Position numbers and translations under genes: made by a program
The notes under the pieces: generated by a model
Databases searched by the model: none
The model's input: only the letters and a program-made list of their open reading frames with translations
What the model was told of the DNA's origin: nothing
Assembly: GCA_028534125.1 (NCBI GenBank)
Contig: CM052851.1
Span: forward strand, 16,554,001 to 16,618,000
Origin: Lama glama
Lineage: Eukaryota
Direction of reading: 5' to 3'
Length of the DNA stretch: 64,000 nt
Shown: piece after piece, positions 62,560-64,000 of the stretch
How the letters are laid out: each line of letters begins with the position of its first letter
Numbering within the stretch: position 1 is the stretch's first letter

Positions 62560-64000
62560 CTAATGCATTTTCTTATTTTTCTTTACCTGAAAAAAAATCT
62601 ACTTTTGTTTTTGAAACAAAAATTTCCACTGGATATAGAATTCTGGGCTGACAGTGTCTTCCTCTCTGTACTTTAAACATATCACTCCTTTCTCTTGCCT
62701 AATTTCTGATGAGAAATCTACTGTTATTCTTATCACTGTTCTTCTGTAGTTAATTTTTTTTTTGGTGCCTTCAAGATTTTAAAAAAATCTTACAGTGTGA
62801 TAATGATGTATTTAGGGGTGTGTATGTGTGTGTTTGTGTGTGTGCCTGCCTGTGTGCACAAGCACTATTTATCCTGCCTGGAATTTTCAAAAATTCTTGA
62901 AGTAATGTTTACATCTCCAACTTCTTCACCTCCTTGGTTTCTCTTAAGATTTTCTCTATGTTTTTGTTTTTCAGTAATTGTCCTTTGATATGATATGATG
63001 TATGTCTAGATGTCTTTTGTTATGTGTATATGCTGTTTCTGGTTCACAGTGTGTCTTGGGTCTGTGATTTTATCCCTGAGAGTAATTTCATCATGTGTGC
63101 CTTGTTGTCCTTTTAGTATTAATCCAGACTGAGGTGTGCTGAGCTTCCTGAAACAGTAGCTCTGTACATTTTATCAAAGATTAAACATTTTTATACATTA
63201 GTGACAAATGTTATTTGCCCTTTCGTCTCTTCTCACTCCTCTACTTCTTGGACTCTTGTGCTTCACATCACTTTATATTGTCCCAAAGGTCATTGAGACT
63301 GTTCATTTTTTTCAGCCTTTCATCTCTTGTCCTTCATTTCAAATGTAATTTCTATTGCCTTGTTTTCAAGGTTACTGATCTTTTCTTCTGCAGAACCTAA
63401 TCGGCCATTAAGTCCATCCAATGAATTTTCAGTTTTGTGTATTGTGTCTTTTAGCTTTGTATATTCCTTTTGGTTCTTTCTCAAAGTTTGCATTTTTCTG
63501 TTAGATTTCATATTTTTACTTTACATCTTTGAACATATTTACAATAGCTGTTTTAAAGTCCTTGTCCATTACTTCTATCATGTCTATCATCTTAGACCTC
63601 TTTCTACTGACTGCCTTCTCTTTTTTTTATAAATAATATTTTGTGAATAGTTTGATATTTATAGTAACATTTTTCTGATTATTTTCATGTTACCAATTTT
63701 TTGAATGCTTGACTTTGTGCTTGACTTTGTGATGTAATATTGAGAGTTTGGATATTTTTGGCTTCCCTTGTAGATTGTGGGAGTTTATTTTGACAAGCAG
63801 CTTAATTTAATTGCAGTTCAGCTTCATACTTTCAAATTCTCATTTTGGAGCTCTTTGGATTTGTGTATAAAGTAGGTCTGCCATATTCTATAAGAACTTT
63901 TGTGATCTGGTTTAAAACTGTGGCTTTTCCTCCATATCCCATATTCACTTGCCTTTGTTCCATCTGTTTCATGCACATTTGTCTTTTTACAATTCTTATA
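62560..64000 (-). mobile_element. Ancient L1M ORF1 / 5' region fragment
   Basis: ctggatatagaattctgggctgacag, tctgatgagaaatct; minus ORF 63320-63511 (NSLDGLNGRLGSAEEKISNLE) resembles the ORF1p coiled coil. Confidence 0.8.

Noticed and set aside
63320-63511. Coiled-coil-like 63-aa ORF
   Set aside because: Remnant of L1 ORF1p
1-64000. CRISPR arrays, operons, tRNA/rRNA genes or a novel multi-gene system
   Set aside because: Mammalian non-coding DNA with no repeat-spacer array, no long coding frames and no structured RNA gene that I can recognise

Overview
This is 64 kb of AT-rich, repeat-dense, non-coding mammalian genomic DNA (intron or intergenic) with two sized assembly gaps. I can support no protein-coding gene, RNA gene, CRISPR array or prokaryotic system. 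ORFs with any recognisable protein similarity are transposon remnants, and the rest look like chance frames. Much of the window is fossil TEs: many MIR and L2 fragments, MaLR/ERVL/ERV1 solo LTRs (several nested), hAT and Tc1/mariner DNA elements, a 4.4 kb internally deleted L1MB-like element with its target-site duplication, and a young L1 3' end. That L1 end, an internally deleted Tigger1 and the lack of primate, ruminant, pig or whale SINEs point to a cetartiodactyl, most likely a camelid (inference). The best non-repeat signal is a CpG-rich, homeodomain-site-rich candidate enhancer with a CTCF motif (about 26.8-27.5 kb), which shares several exact words with a second element at about 4.2 kb. 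There is also a third candidate enhancer at about 25 kb and an orphan double-CCAAT plus TATA arrangement at about 54.9 kb. TE family names are recalled from consensus sequences, not from a search, so subfamily labels and ragged boundaries are approximate. I found no convincing new biological system.
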